A DNA stretch of 64,000 nt, taken from NCBI GenBank assembly GCA_964187785.1, contig OZ076409.1, forward strand, positions 50,594,001 to 50,658,000. Reading direction: 5' to 3'. The stretch comes from Amphiscolops sp. MND2022. Its lineage: Eukaryota. Position 1 is the first letter of the stretch; each line of letters opens with the position of its first letter. This document shows positions 63,607 to 64,000 of the stretch, piece after piece. The notes under the pieces are model-generated. The model did no database searches and was not told where the DNA came from. It was given only the letters and a program-made list of their open reading frames with translations. The position numbers and the translations under genes were made by a program.

Positions 63607-64000
63607 AGACGATTTTTAAATTATATGAACGAAGACAGTTAGAAATAGCGTTTCTAGTTGTTGTTGGTCCTTCAAAAACAGTGGTTAACACGTCTGATAA
63701 AACTCCGTTCGTTTCAATTCGTTTCAATCCTGGAGTTGAAGCATCCTCGTTTCTGACAAATTTTTGACATTTTACACATTTTATTGTCAATCAATTGTCG
63801 ATCTTCCTAGAGATGTCTTCAATGTCTTGTTCTGACAAAAAACGACATCTGCTACTGAACTGGTGGTCTCTGGTTCATGCTGATTATCTGGGGGTCTTTC
63901 CTCAACTTCTTTTGCTGGGTCTTTTCAGGCATGACCTTAGGCGAAAAGTAGTGTTGCACCGAAATGATTCAATTAGTCCGCTGATATTACTCACCTCCAG

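Noticed and set aside
63600..64000. Minus-strand donor GAG|GTGAGT at the window edge with a possible exon
   Set aside because: All downstream frames hit stops quickly and upstream context is outside the window.

Overview
AT-rich, repeat-dense eukaryotic (probably invertebrate) DNA made almost entirely of transposable elements. I can support no intact host gene, RNA gene or CRISPR array. It contains four Ty3/Gypsy LTR retrotransposons: A (1-7986, minus, truncated by the window), B (~11979-18153, minus, decayed), C (25778-45088, plus, full length) and D (~46200-48560, decayed). It also has solo-LTR-like pieces, several DINE-1/Helentron-like non-autonomous elements, a foldback element, a LINE RT fragment, a Tc1 transposase pseudogene and a ~2.35-kb tandem duplication. 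Element C stands out. It is a 19.3-kb Gypsy with 2.2-kb LTRs, and its gag ORF starts 103 codons inside the LTR. After integrase it carries ~8.5 kb of cargo holding an antisense, multi-intron gene of ~1,100 aa with a BED-like zinc finger and remote hAT-transposase-like features. Its non-coding parts carry ~50 copies of a CATC-N7-CATC dyad, nine of them at an exact 60-bp period in the LTR. Inference: a self-encoded DNA-binding protein plus cognate site arrays, i.e. a candidate regulatory or anti-silencing module. Family assignments come from manual motif reading, not database searches.
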